A DNA stretch of 62,930 nucleotides, the filler included. It is 11 parts of 11 records of this genome, joined end to end, with 100 filler letters (N's around TTAATTAATTAA, not from the genome) between each part and the next. Parts side by side here need not be neighbours in the genome. Positions count along the whole stretch, not along the records: positions 18,806 to 23,602 come from SRR15195285_417; positions 23,703 to 30,748 come from SRR15195285_418; positions 30,849 to 40,108 come from SRR15195285_422; 8 more parts are not named here. The stretch is one strand, 5' to 3'. Of this stretch, positions 21,711 through 34,067 are shown in pieces. The position numbers were made by a program, and so were the translations under genes. The notes beneath the pieces are model-generated. The model was given only the letters and a program-made list of their open reading frames with translations, did not search any database and was not told where the DNA came from. Numbering within the stretch: position 1 is the stretch's first letter; every line of letters starts with the position of its first letter.

Positions 21711-23538
21711 CTACCACTCGAGCTTGCGGAGTGTTTCCGTGCCTTGTACCACAAACACACGCTCCATAGTGTCGCCATCAGTGGGTGCTTCTGGGCTTCC
21801 AAGAGATGCCAGTAGTGAGTGGCTTCCGGCAAAGAGCTTTGTGTCACCGTTGTCGTCAAACAGAGCAAGTTCTTCCGCTGTCACCTCAAAGCTCACAGTG
21901 GCTCGAGCCCCCGCCTCTAGACTCACTCGCTTGAATCCGACCAACTTGAGCTGCGGCAGCACGCTGGTCACCGCATCGTCCGCATCTGCGGCGCGGAGGC
22001 CGCTCCAGTACAGAGTGACTACAGCGTCACCCTCCCGTTTGCCTGGATATAAACGAGATGTTGGGAGCAGATAGGCAGGCTGTCAGGCAAAGTCCAACAA
22101 CCCCACTCTAATACCACCATTCTGCCACCAGGGCAGTTTTTTGGAAGTCTAGATAGATTGTACGAGGTAATGTCTCACCATGGTTCGTCACCCACATGCT
22201 GAACGTGTCATTCTTCTGCGTAGAAATGATGGTTGATTCAGATACGATACCTCCCGTAAGGCTAAACCGCACATAGGACAGCCCGGTGCCAAATCTAAAT
22301 AGAGGCTTTCCAAACTCATTCTTGTAGTACTTGTAGGTCCGCGAGCCGGAACCACCAGTGCTGATCCCCATATTTGCCATGTCATTCTTAACGAATGAAG
22401 ACGGGTACACAGTGATAGGGAGCCTGGCATTTGCACATGAATCAGACTTACGCACGATTCTACCTAGCGAATACTTATCGTATATCGGCATGAGCGTCGC
22501 AGCATGACTGCACACACTGGTAGCTGCAAGAGAACTCGTGGACTTACCGGCCCCACCGATTGCAACCCGGCTCTCCATAGAGCGCACAGGCCAGCGCCTC
22601 CGCGCCCTCAATACCCGGGAAGAACGACTCCACCAGTGCATCGCTCACCGCGTTCTTCGCAGGAGGAGCAAAGCTGTCCATTGCGATGGCACCACCATTG
22701 AGGAGCACGATCACAATCGGCTTGCTGGGAATTGCAGCACGCACGGCTGCCAACAGCGCAGGCTGAGCGCCGGGAAGGCCGAGGGTTTGACGATCAGTAC
22801 CCTCTGTCTCGACGCTGTGATCTGTCCCAACGAAGAACACTACCTGATCTGCCTGCTTTGCGGCCGCGATGGCCTCCCCGAACAATGCAGTGGAAGTGTC
22901 ACCCACGCAATGGTCGCCCGGTCGATCGGAGTCACATTCGATGCCCGCCGCGTGGATGACCTTACCCCTTACACGCAGTTGTTGCAATGGCGAACGTATG
23001 CAACCACTCGCGCGCTGACCTTTCGCCCATGGTAGCTTTGGGTGCATCGGCCCTGGGCAGACTGCGTCGTAGTACCGAGAGGCTAGCGCCAGCGTAGCAT
23101 TCGCCAGGGGCCCGAGTACGGCAGTTACCTTGCCCTGGCGAAGCGGGAGTGCGGCGTTCTCGTTGCGCATCAGGACCATGCCTTGCAGGGCGCTCTCTTT
23201 GGCAAGTTGGTGGCTTGCTTCGTTTCCAACATCGTCCGGTGTGATCTTCGCCCACGCTTGTGATTCCAGCTGCCACACGATCGTCATTGTGTTCGCGTTG
23301 ACACAGGCACACAAACAAGTCACTCATCGTTTTAGTCTGCAGCTGCTACCTAAGCTATGTAGCTGAGACAACAGATTGGGTGGTATGCTGCACTGTGCTA
23401 GCATTGATCACCGGGTCGAAGTATCCCGCCCGCATCATGAGGCGGAACGTTCGCTCGACCGTCTGGTTGAGAGCCGCAGAGGTAGTCAGACCGCGGCTGA
23501 TCGCTGGCGCCACGCCATGATCGAATACATGCCCACCT
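21711..23538 (-). CDS. GH3 beta-xylosidase/beta-glucosidase, C-terminal part (GH3-C + Fn3-like), multi-exon
   Basis: TVERTFRLMMRAGYFDP, ESALQGMVLMRNENAALPL, AVLGPLAN, ETEGTDRQTLGLPGAQ, RLPITVY, RTYKYY..FGTGLSY, LVGFKRVSL. 5' end lost at a poly-G tract and gap. Confidence 0.9.
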
Positions 23539-23602
23539 GCAGTGCGTCATGTCAGATGGAGCGCCAGCTGCATCTGGGGGGGGGGGGGGGGGGGGGGGGG
23601 GG

Positions 23603-23702
23603 NNNNNNNNNNNNNNNNNNNNNNNNNNNNNNNNNNNNNNNNNNNNTTAATTAATTAANNNNNNNNNNNNNNNNNNNNNNNNNNNNNNNNNNNNNNNNNN
23701 NN
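23603..23702. other. Artificial contig linker
   Basis: N44-TTAATTAATTAA-N44. Confidence 0.98.
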
Positions 23703-23839
23703 GTGGCCAGTTCTGGGGTGAACCACTAGTACTACTATAGATCTAGTACTTGGTACCGTACTACGCGCGACGGTAGACTGGACGCAGACGCGCGCGCGCG
23801 CGCTCGCCCGCGGCTGCGCTGCGCGACCGACGGACACAC

Positions 23840-25096
23840 ATGGGCGACGACGTTGGAATGCGCCTCATCGAAGCGGCGATGGACGGCGACGTGGCGGCGA
23901 TGGCGTCGGCAGTCGATGATGGCGCGCCAGTCGGATTCCAGGTGTGGTAACTTCCGAGAGTAAATTGCTCTGCTTTGATGTTTGAGGACTAATCTTGAGC
24001 CGACGGTATACATTTGCCCATCCAGGATCCGGGGGGGCAGACCGCCGTGTTCTGGGCCGCAATGGAGGGACATAATGAGGTGCTTGACTGGCTGCTGAAG
24101 CACGGAGCGCCAGTTGATGCCACAAACGAGGGTGGGCAGACAGCGTTGATGGGTGCAGCCATGCGGTGAGTCCACTGACCGATGAACCGGGTTGCAGTTT
24201 GATACGGTACAATGTAATGTCGCACACTCACACGATCGACGCTCGATGCAGGAATGAGACCGGGATGCTTCAGCGTCTGATCGACAGCGGTGCAAGCATG
24301 GACAACCAGGACTTCTCGGGCCAGACCGCCTTCGCTTGGGCCGCTAGTAGTGATGCTACCGATTGCGGTGCGTTCGCATTGCTGTGCAACTTGCCCGGAT
24401 TCTCATCCGCCCATCGCGCCCGCAGCACTAAAGTGACTGAGTAGCGTGCAACTGCGCGTGGACGCGCAGTTGAGGCGCTGATTCAGGCAGGTGCTGACAC
24501 GCTACTGCATCATCTTGGAGAAGATTTGCTCCAGTATCCCACCATGGAGCTCGACGAACTCGCAGGACATGACGGAGGCGGCGAAGCATACGGTCCATAT
24601 GTGGCTGTGCTCGGGCTCGTGTATGACATGTCCACATCAGCAAACTTTTACGGCCCTGGGGGGAACTACGCGATGTTTGCTGGGCGAGATGCCACGTTAA
24701 ATCTCGCTCGCAATTCTCTTGATGGAGACCTGCCTGGAGCAGATAAAGCGAGTGTCGAAGGTGCGTTTCACGCACGCAATTGGGGATGCTCATCTATCAG
24801 TTTTTATGCCAGTTTGAGATTTCCGCGACATCTGGTGTGCTAGGGCTCTCCGTGGATGAGCGGTGCGCACTTGAGGGATGGATTGCACGGTAAATGCATG
24901 CAGGCCACAATCCTTTCCGTCGGGTGTGATACAAAGCTCGTGGCGCGCTGTTGCTGTGTCAAGACATTGACTAAATAGTTGGCGGTGTATGCGTTCGTTG
25001 CGTTGATCCAGATACAAGGACAAATATCCAGTCGTTGCACGGCTCCCAGCTTCGGTCTTTCCGTGGTCAGAGGGTCAGGCGCAAGCAAAACTTTAA
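23840..25096 (+). CDS. Ankyrin-repeat protein fused to a cytochrome b5-like heme/steroid-binding (MAPR) domain; ends in AKL
   Basis: Missed by the ORF track; six exons spliced by eye: MGDDVGMRLIEAAMDGD / GQTAVFWAAMEGH..GQTALMGAAMR / GQTAFAWAASSD / ..YVAVLGLVYDM..FYGPGGNYAMFAGRDAT / ..LEGWIAR / YKDKYPVVARL..QAQAKL-stop. Confidence 0.8.
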
Positions 25097-25503
25097 AATT
25101 ATGTTGGGAGAGGAACGTGTGGTACCGTGGTGCAAGTTATCGGTGGCATAGCATCTGTTCAACACTTTCGATTGGCAGCAGAGAAGCCATTCGGTATCGT
25201 AATAGATCTCCTCCGACGACAGGAGCATCGAGGCAATTGGCATCTGCTCCAAACAAGATTAGTTTGCCACAACCATGCTGCGCTGCACAGGGGGGCAGAA
25301 GGTACATGTGTCATGAGGCAGGATCGTGGGGGTGGTATTGCTGGGATAAAAAGCCTCCCCAAGTTGCATGCGTAGGCGCTCAAGTTAGTAAAATTAAGGG
25401 GATGAGGCATTGAGGCTCTATTTTCCCCGCCCGGCAGCAAAGACAATGCGACTGGTCCTGTAGAGGTGAAGTCGACATGATCCCAGCTCTGCAGCTGTAA
25501 TCA

Positions 25504-27679
25504 TCAAGCAATGCCGGTTGGTGTAAGAATCAACAGCGCCACATCATGTGGAGCGACTTCGACTGTCTTTGGCAGCGAGCACCCGTCGCACAGCAGTTTC
25601 CCACTGAATGCCTCAGTAATCGTCCAGCTGCCTTGTTGGCCTCTCTGCAGTTTGGTGTGGCTGATGCGGCTAGGTGGCAACTCCTCATTCTGCAGAGTCA
25701 GCTGCTTTGGCATGGTCTCGAGATTGAGTAGCGCAGCCACGGCACCAGAGTTCGCCAGCGCGCCAGACCACTGGAATTGCACACCGGGCGGGCAGATCAG
25801 AACTAGCCTCAGCAAACTGTGGATGGTACCACAGGATTTCTAATGCCGGTGCCTGCCCTTAAAAAACGCACTACCAGACGGACAAGGGTACCCGATCGAT
25901 AGGTGCCACATGCGACAATGGTACCATCCGACCCCCACTGCTTCTACTAAAACTGCTTCTACTACTAGTGATCGTGGATCAGATCTGGTACAGCCGTAGC
26001 AACTCACCACCATGTGACCGTAAGGAAGGTTGTTCTCCGGATCCGTTTTCCTGCTCGCTGGTAGCCACTCGGAAGTACGCAGTACGCCTTGTTCTGCGAG
26101 TGGATCCTTGCTCACGCTGATCGCAGCCTTGTTTGTGATGGTCGCGAGCGTGGCCGCCGTCATGTTTGTAAGATCGGTTCCGAGGATGAGTGGAGCCTTC
26201 ATCAAGCACCATAGCGCAAAATTGCTGCGTCCTTCTGCGTCGCCCCACTCGGAGAAAAAATTACCCTGTTTGGCCAAAGAAGCAGGAACGTGAGTTCTTC
26301 GCTGATAGATCGCAGCTGCGGAGTTCCTTTCGATTGAGACTCACCGTTTCTAGCATACTACAACCATTACCGTTAATAATTAGCAACATTACGAGACAGC
26401 GTGGAACGATCTTAGTCTTTCGATCACTGTAGTCTAGTATTAGCGGGCGCGAATCAACGAATTGCTGCTCACTCGGCGTCATTCCACGCTGACCGGGTTC
26501 CCACCACAGTCTTAGTTGCGTCATTATTAGTCACGGCGGTTGTAAGCATGCTGACGTAGGTGTTGCTAGTGTCTGGAGTCGTACGCCACAGGTTGGCGTA
26601 GTGAGGATTCGTTGCATTGACTTGGGGGCTGGGGCTGTTGATAGAATATACAATCGGCCGCTTTGTGGCATTTAATGCATCACGCATAGCAGCGACGCTG
26701 CTCCGCGGCCCGCCGCAGCCATCGCTATGGTGCAGGCGTTGTGATTAGTCAATGTGAAACGCTTCGGCTACGCTACTTGCAACTACGCAAAACCGATATA
26801 TGCACTAGAGGCAGAAACAGATGAAGATGGGGCGAGGGTGGGCATTAGCGGTGCAGGTCAGACTCACAATTTCAGATAGTCCACTCCCCACGATGCAAAC
26901 AGGTTAGCGTCGCGTTCGTAGTAGCTAATCTCACGGCACTGGCCTCCTTTGCTACAGCCAGGTCCGGTGCCATCAGTCGCGTTCTCGTCAATTTGGCTGC
27001 AGCATTGACCCCAGCCCATTGATGCATACATGCCGAACTTCAAGCCAAGTGAGTGGATCCGTTCGCCAAGCCATACCATGCCGTGCGGATAGCGGGTGGT
27101 ATTCACAACCAGATTTCCAGCTGCGTCGCGTCGCTTGGTGCTATACCCACAGTCAAGTGAGATGTACTCGTAGCCAGAAGCGTGGAGCTTGTCGGCCATG
27201 ACTTCGGCGATTCCTACGACAATGGACTCATTGAAGTTGTGGCAGCCGCCGGTTGACACGGTCGTGCCCCCAGTCCACGGTAGCGGGAGCTTGCAGCCGC
27301 CCGTGCGCCCAACGCCGAAGCAGTTCCAAGCTGGCAGATATTTGGCAAAGCGCATTAGCAGGAACGATGGAGGAACACCAGCAGCAAAACGCCAGCGCAC
27401 AAGATGCATACTGATCAGTGGAAAAGCCTTTGACGTACGATTCCAGCCCTGCGCTCACCGCAAGCACGAAACGGTATTAGGGCAGGCAGCCCAGACTGTC
27501 TCCGCTAAAGATGCTCAAACACCATTGCAGGTGCACATATATGCAGCATGAGGTGGAGCATCTATGCATGCAAAGCGCACCATTGGGGGCGTCGTTGCAA
27601 GACCATTGTCAAGTCCGTAGACCGCCGGAAGCAGCGCTGCCAACGCGACTGCCGCGAGCCGGACCCTCGTCTGAGCCAT
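25504..27679 (-). CDS. Secreted GH27 alpha-galactosidase, multi-exon
   Basis: Signal peptide then LDNGLATTPPM, YISLDCG, GLKFGMY, WGVDYLK, MRDALNATKRPIVYSI, NLWRTTPD, WNDA, NFALWCLMKAPLILGTD, VAPHDVALL. Confidence 0.9.
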
Positions 27680-27952
27680 CGCGTCCGTCGTGACGCGGTA
27701 AGGTAGCAGCGCGCGCGGTCGCGCGAACGCGCGTAACGCGCGCCTGGCACGCGCGCGCGAGATCACCAGCATCGAGCATGCCTCCGCTGACGCACGCCGG
27801 TCGCACTCAGTGCTGCATCGCATGATACGTCGAATACGCGATGGACGCCGTCGACGCGCGCGCGGGAGCGGAATCAATTCGAAGCGCGCGAGGACGAACA
27901 ACTCGATCGACACGCCGTGGCTCGCTGGGCGTGCACACACGAGGGCAAAAGG

Positions 27953-29213
27953 ATGCAGAGTCGTAGAGTGACAGTGGCTCTCAGCCTGATCGCATCTGCA
28001 CTGTGCCTCAGTGGTGCCGTGCAGTTGCGCGCTGATACTGATATTTCAGCTGGCACTGCTGCCGATGGGGCTGCACCTCCACAGGTTTATGCAATCACCA
28101 CTTTTTCAACAAACGGCGAGGGTTTCAACATCTACATACTGCCAACGGACTTGTCAACGCCTCCACAGCTTGTTGAGAATAGCCGGCTCGACTACCCCAG
28201 GCCTGGGGGTGTGCCGACCTTCACAGCTGGTCCACTGCACGGTGAGAAGGTGACAGAGTATGTGCACTGGTCGCCCGGGGACTTGCGTGACCACACTCTC
28301 TTTGGGCACAATGGTCAGCTCTTCGCTTTTTGCACAACCAGCTGGGGGCACCCTGGCGATGGAGTAGGAGGTTCTGGCTCGAGCTATGGGAACTTTCACA
28401 TCCTTAAGCGGAAGAGCCGTGGGAGCTGGGTGCTGCACAGTCGAGTGGTGGTTCCGCATACCCTCGCCAGCAATCATTCGGTGCCTACCCCAACGCTGTG
28501 GTCACCTATTCCCTTTAAGTTTGGCGATGCGGTCGCGATCTTTGTCTCGGCGACACGAAGACCACCGAACTTCACCACTGTAATGGTGAGCTAACACTTG
28601 CGTGACGCCTAGCCATATTGTTGCTTGGCGCTTGCAAACTTGTTGGTCACGTCACCTGCCCCTGGCCCACATCGAATGCATTCCTCAGCTGTGGATGAAC
28701 GACGACTTGACCGCAGTCGTAGCACAAGCTGACCTCACCACACCAGGAGATGAGTTTGAGCTCGGCAGTCGCCCAAGCTCACGCTTCATCTCGTACCAGC
28801 CGTTCGATCGGCTAGAGGGCGACCTCGGTGTCATCTTGAAGGACGAGGCTTACTCGGAGCAAAATCGATCGACGGCCGTGCCGAACCGCATTGTGCTACA
28901 GTCCAACCTTTCGGCCAACGTGATAGACCAGCAATTTTCATACTTTGATCGATTGGCTATCTCAGGGTGTCTGTTGATGGTTGAGGCGCACACAGTTTTT
29001 CCAGAGCCGGCGACGTCAGGATATCGTGTGTTCTACTCTGTTTTCGAATGTCGCAAGATGGACTCTGCATGCTCGTGCAATGCCTACGAGCGTGCTGTGC
29101 GATCTGTGTGGTGCGATACAAAGCTGTTACATTGTGAAAATGACACTGTCGCCGTTGCCGATGGCAACACTCTCGGTCTCGTCACTAAAGTTGACCCAGC
29201 ACTGCTAAGCTGA
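27953..29213 (+). CDS. Secreted protein, possibly a five-bladed beta-propeller glycoside hydrolase (GH43/GH32 clan-like)
   Basis: Signal peptide and an intron at about 28586-28690 (GTGAGC..CAG). LRDHT..NGQLFAFCTT, LWSP..AIFVSA and VEAHTV..YRVFYS resemble propeller blade motifs. Confidence 0.5.
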
Positions 29214-29325
29214 AGCCTTCATGATCCGATGGGCTGAATCAATGTTTGACTAACAAAGAAAAAACGAATTACCAGAATTGTCTCCAAGGGATAGCAAAGC
29301 CCCGATCGCCACGTTCGGCATTCAA

Positions 29326-30716
29326 CTACATTCGGTGGCCGACCGCACCATTCGAGCGCGTAAACAAGTCGTTCGCGCTGACCCCTCCGCCGCCGGTTTT
29401 CTTCTGAGAGAAGAGGCTTGAAAATGCGTCTGACCCTTTCATTCCTGCGCACAGGAAGAGGAATAGCATCGGCAAGTAGTGACACCGTCAGCATTTCAAC
29501 AATACCAGATGCGCGACCAAACTCAGACAATTGGCGACCAGTTGGACAAAGCAACCATGCAGCTGCGAGCCGGTTGCAACGTCAGGTGGAGCGTACGCTT
29601 GAGGTTGCCACTGGCTTCTGCTTGAACCTTGTCCATGGAAAACTGAGCGGCCTTCCGCTTTGAGACCTCCCTTTGTTCTGTCTCATTCACTCCCGCCGCC
29701 GCCTTCATCACTGCCATCTTCTCTTTCTTGCCAAGGTATTTCATCTTCAACACTTCCGCCTCTGCACTCCCCCCGTCTGTCCCTTTCTGTCTCGCGTCGG
29801 CAGCGGCAGCAGCCTTCTTCTCTTTCTTCGCCGCCTTTTTCTCCTTCTTCAAAGTCTTCTTCCGTGCCTTCATGCGCGCCTTTGCTGCGTCAAGCTCCTC
29901 TGCGCTCGGGTAGAGCACGATAACATCGTTTGCTGGGTCGAACGAGGTCCCTGTGACAGGGCAGACTCCGCCACTACCTTTCTGTGACAGCTCACGGATG
30001 GCCTCCATCGACAACGCCACGCCTGAGGTGCGTATCACCGCAAATTTGTTCGTGCCGTTCATGTCGCGCATGGTCACCGGGCACTGGAAGCGCGACCCTT
30101 GGTATGCAACTCGCCCACCGGAGCCGTCCGCCTTGGTCTGACCGGCAGCGTCCTCACGCGAAGTGAGCTTAACGTCGATCATCTCACTAGTTGACGTGAC
30201 GTGAACAGCCTTCTCGGGCATTGTGCCGCCAGCCTTGCTGGCCATGAGTGCCTCAATCAAAGCCTGCTTGGTGTACAGATGACCGAGCTCACAGCAAACG
30301 ACCGGCTCGACCAGTTCCATTGAGCTGATCGCACACCCAGTGGCCTGGGCCGCATTGATTTGGCTCTGATCTGTTTTGACGGCCTTTTCCCAGCTTGTGC
30401 CCCCCGCAGAGATATCGGCTCGCATCTCTACCCACAGCCGATCGTTGCAGGTCGATCCGCCATCGCCACCACCGCCGCTCAAGCCGCCACTGAGCAGCAG
30501 CTGCAATGTGCAATCCGGTCCGATGCCACACTGTCCGAGCGTGCGCCCAGCCCGCGGCGACACGAAGCCCCTCCCGCTGAACAACCGCTGCTGCACGCTC
30601 GGCACGCCGTTGCGCTCCTCCACCGCCGCCATCACGCTCGCGACCGTGTCACCGCTCGCCACGTCGAGCGTCAGCGACGGGGCGCCCGCACCGAGCCCGC
30701 GGACGAAGATCTGCAT
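29326..30716 (-). CDS. RTF2: Replication termination factor 2 with an N-terminal ubiquitin-like domain
   Basis: MQIFVR.. UBL ending LSGG, then GGDGGS; CAISS..L.EPVVCCELGHLY.K; FQCPVT..MNG..KF; CPVTG. Intron 29445-29596 (GTACGC..CAG) gives a last exon MKGSDAFSSLF..NDLFTR..stop, which fits the Rtf2 C-terminus. Confidence 0.88.
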
Positions 30717-30748
30717 CTCGCTCCCCAGTGCGCTCCCCAGTGCGCTCC

Positions 30749-30848
30749 NNNNNNNNNNNNNNNNNNNNNNNNNNNNNNNNNNNNNNNNNNNNTTAATTAA
30801 TTAANNNNNNNNNNNNNNNNNNNNNNNNNNNNNNNNNNNNNNNNNNNN
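30749..30848. other. Artificial contig linker
   Basis: N44-TTAATTAATTAA-N44. Confidence 0.98.
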
Positions 30849-31326
30849 GGTGGTGGTGGTGCTGCTGCTGCTGCTGCCCCTCCTTGTTCTCCTTGTCCTG
30901 GTGAGCCTTCACCTGGCGGACCGAAAGGCTACCATCGATGGGCAAGTAATCCAGAACTTCTCTGTCATCTCGCTCCCTAGTATGTCGTCGATGTTGTTGT
31001 TGTTGTCCGTCGCTGTGCGCATGGGCTTCAGAGCGCGGCTGCTGATGGCCATGCCGAGCCTTTAGTCCACCTTGGGCACGCGTTCATCCCAGCCGCTTTA
31101 TCAGAGTCGTCGCACGTGCGAACGAAGGTCGCACGGTCCAGCTGCTGCTGCGCCTTCTTCATGGCTGTCTTGTGGGGTCCGTTCGCGCTGGCTGGACATG
31201 TGTGCTAGCCCACCGATCTTAGGTTTGACTGCGTGGTGAGGTGCAGGGAGGCAGCGGCAGGGCGGAGGTTTTGCAGAGAGGACGGGCGAGGACAAGCTGT
31301 GTGACCCAGCTCGGCGGTTGTTTGAG

Positions 31327-33909
31327 ATGGCCGAGACATCGCCGCCCGTGGTCGGCGGGCAGCAGCCAGCCAGCAATGCGCCCGTGGCTGCTACCAGCAC
31401 CGCGGGGTTAGCGGCAGGGGGCGTGGTGGCGCCGCCCGTGCGTCCGGTGAGCGCTCCGGCCCCCGCTCCAGCGCCGCCCGTGCGGCCCGTCAGCGCTCCC
31501 GCTGCTGCGGCTAGTGCTGCTGCTGCTGGGAAGCCTCCGTTCACGATGACCGAGGCGGTCACGCCTGTGGCCGCCCCTGTGGCTGCGCCTGTGGCCGCGC
31601 CTGTGGCCGCGCCTGTGGCCGCGCCACCGCCGCCGAAGAAGAACCTAGACATCGACTTCGGCTGCGCGGCGTTGCGAGAGCACCGACTGGAAGCCACGGT
31701 CGAGCGCGAGGTACTAGAAAAGCAGCTTCAGGTCGCGCAGACCTGGTCAAAGGTGCGGAATGTGGACGCCGCGACCGCTCGGTTCAAGTACGCGCGCGTG
31801 ATGCCCGGCCCGAACGGAGAACCGCCGCAAATGGTTGCAACCCCAGCTGAGATCGAAGTGGCCCGATGTGATCTCCGGGTGAAGGAGATCGAGCTCAAAA
31901 TGGCCGCCCTCAAGGAGGACGAGCTACGGGTCAAACTGCGGGATGCCTGGCGCAAAGAAGAGGAGGAGATGCAGAAGCAGCTGGCGACGTTGAAGCACAC
32001 CGTCGAGACGGTCAAGCTCTATCCAGCCCTGTCCGCGATGAAGCCGCGCACGACATTCTTTTTCTCAGACTGCCAGCAAGAGGGTGCCTGGGGTATCGGC
32101 CGCTGGTTCTGTGAGGTGCTCTCAGAGCGCCCGAACTGGCGCCGCTACCCAGCAGAGAAATGGTTCGTGACCAAGAAAGGCACGCAGCTTTGGTCACCAC
32201 TCGGTAAGGTGTACATGGACTACACGGACCAGGACGTGTACTCGTACTGCTCTTCTTTGGTCCCGGGCTCGGAGTGGATCTCAGATAAGGCGCGCCTGGC
32301 CAAGTCGCTCAGCGATCACGGCGGAGTGCCGGACAGTGAGGGCAGGCTGAGGCTGTTGCAGACTTGGTATATCCACGCCGGTAAATGGTCCGCCGCACCA
32401 AATTCGGAGGGCGGCTGGGATGAGGCCAAGTGCGGCGACGATTACGCGCCACCGGGTGCGGTAGGAGCGGAGGCGGCTGCGGTCAAAGAGGGCGTAGACC
32501 CAGATCCAGATTCCACTGTCTGGTTCCTCAAGGAAACAAATCGCAATTACGCAGCCGGAACGTTCGTCCATGCCTCAGCGGCAGCATGCCGGATGCACGC
32601 CGAGTCCGACAGGAACTACGTCGTCCAGCAGCACTACCAAAATCCAATGCTGCTTGACGGAAAGAAGTTTCACATACGTGCTTACCTGATGTGTCACTCG
32701 CCTGCAGGCTCCACGCGTGTGCAATGGTACATTTACAAAAACCCTGCCATCCATGGAGGAAACGTCGCGAAAGGAGAAAAGGACTGGACTCCGACTGACC
32801 TAGATCGTGCCGCTCAAATCACGCGGGACCGCTCCTTTCCTTTGGGAAACTGGGAGCACTATGACAAGGTCTGGGCATTGATCAAAAAGAACATATCTCC
32901 GATGTTGAAGCATGTTTCCATCAAGCTCACGCCGGCTGCAAAGGCAGCTTATGAGCTCTTCGGAATTGATATAGCACTGTCCGAGAATTGGGATATGTGC
33001 TGTTATGAGATCAACTCTGGTCCGTGCGTGAAACCTGAGAGCAAGCCGATGCTTCATGATCTACTCGACATCGCTTTGCCGTTCGGCTACGATCCGAAGC
33101 GCCAGGACATGGCTAAAAAGGCATTCGAGATCCTGGTCGATGAGGATCCTTCAGTGATGCGTGCTGCACTTGGGGTTGAGGAATCAAGGCAGCAGTCGCC
33201 ACCATCGCAGCAGCCAGTGGTACCGCAGCCGCAAACTGGGACGGACGCGGTAGCAGTACTGGCACCGCCACACGTACAAGTGAAGCAAAGTCCCACACCG
33301 GTACAGATAGTGCCACAGGACTGGGAGCAGCCACTTGCAAACCTGTCCGCGAGATTCGGGTGCGGGAGGGACTTGGCTATCGCAGCCATGCAGGAAGCCA
33401 ACGGGCATGCAGGTAAAGCAGCTTCATCGCTCCGAGAGAAATTCCAAGACTCCCCTTTAAAACGTGTGGAGCTGCCAGTGCCGGCCGACGTGGCCGAGGC
33501 GCGCGCGCAGGCGAAGGCTGATGATGCCACAGGAGGGCAGCACGACCTGCAGGAGCAGCTAGATAAGCTACAGAGAGCCGAGGCCACTGCTGTGGCTGGC
33601 GTGTCCCGACCTGCAGAAAACCTGGAGTCCTCTACCCCAGCTGATACTCTAGGGCAAGTGCGTACTGCAGTCCCGGTCTCGCCAACGATCGGTGCTCCCA
33701 CCGAGTCAGATACTAAGGACACTGGCGATGCGGCAACGCAAGAGGTACCGCTGGCCGTACCTGGAGCATCGTGTGCGGTGTCGGTAGTTGATCGCGCACA
33801 ATCAGATACGAAGGACGCTAATGATGGGCCAGAGCAAGCCGGTTTGCTGCCCCCTCCTGTACAAGTTCCTGAAGCTTGGAACTCGGTCACTGCAGATGCA
33901 GACAGATAA
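31327..33909 (+). CDS. Tubulin-tyrosine ligase family (TTL/TTLL, ATP-grasp) protein
   Basis: WFLK..GTFV, YVVQQHYQNPMLLDGKKFHIRAYL, YELFGIDI..YEINSGP. Pro/Ala-rich and coiled-coil N-terminus; possible UBA-like segment near the C-terminus. Confidence 0.85.
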   Translation: MAETSPPVVGGQQPASNAPVAATSTAGLAAGGVVAPPVRPVSAPAPAPAPPVRPVSAPAAAASAAAAGKPPFTMTEAVTPVAAPVAAPVAAPVAAPVAAPPPPKKNLDIDFGCAALREHRLEATVEREVLEKQLQVAQTWSKVRNVDAATARFKYARVMPGPNGEPPQMVATPAEIEVARCDLRVKEIELKMAALKEDELRVKLRDAWRKEEEEMQKQLATLKHTVETVKLYPALSAMKPRTTFFFSDCQQEGAWGIGRWFCEVLSERPNWRRYPAEKWFVTKKGTQLWSPLGKVYMDYTDQDVYSYCSSLVPGSEWISDKARLAKSLSDHGGVPDSEGRLRLLQTWYIHAGKWSAAPNSEGGWDEAKCGDDYAPPGAVGAEAAAVKEGVDPDPDSTVWFLKETNRNYAAGTFVHASAAACRMHAESDRNYVVQQHYQNPMLLDGKKFHIRAYLMCHSPAGSTRVQWYIYKNPAIHGGNVAKGEKDWTPTDLDRAAQITRDRSFPLGNWEHYDKVWALIKKNISPMLKHVSIKLTPAAKAAYELFGIDIALSENWDMCCYEINSGPCVKPESKPMLHDLLDIALPFGYDPKRQDMAKKAFEILVDEDPSVMRAALGVEESRQQSPPSQQPVVPQPQTGTDAVAVLAPPHVQVKQSPTPVQIVPQDWEQPLANLSARFGCGRDLAIAAMQEANGHAGKAASSLREKFQDSPLKRVELPVPADVAEARAQAKADDATGGQHDLQEQLDKLQRAEATAVAGVSRPAENLESSTPADTLGQVRTAVPVSPTIGAPTESDTKDTGDAATQEVPLAVPGASCAVSVVDRAQSDTKDANDGPEQAGLLPPPVQVPEAWNSVTADADR

Positions 33910-34067
33910 CCTCGCTGTGGACCAGTTGGGTAACCCAATGAACTGAGCTATTCGAATATTTGATCTAGCCTTTCTGGTGTACTTTGGAGATAAAGTTTCT
34001 ATTGCAACGGCTTGATTCAACATTGCACTTGAATGCGGGGCGGTAGCAGGTGTCAAAAGACTATCCA

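Noticed and set aside
30849-31170. Possible minus-strand gene start divergent from the TTL gene
   Set aside because: I could not build a consistent spliced model or recognise a motif.
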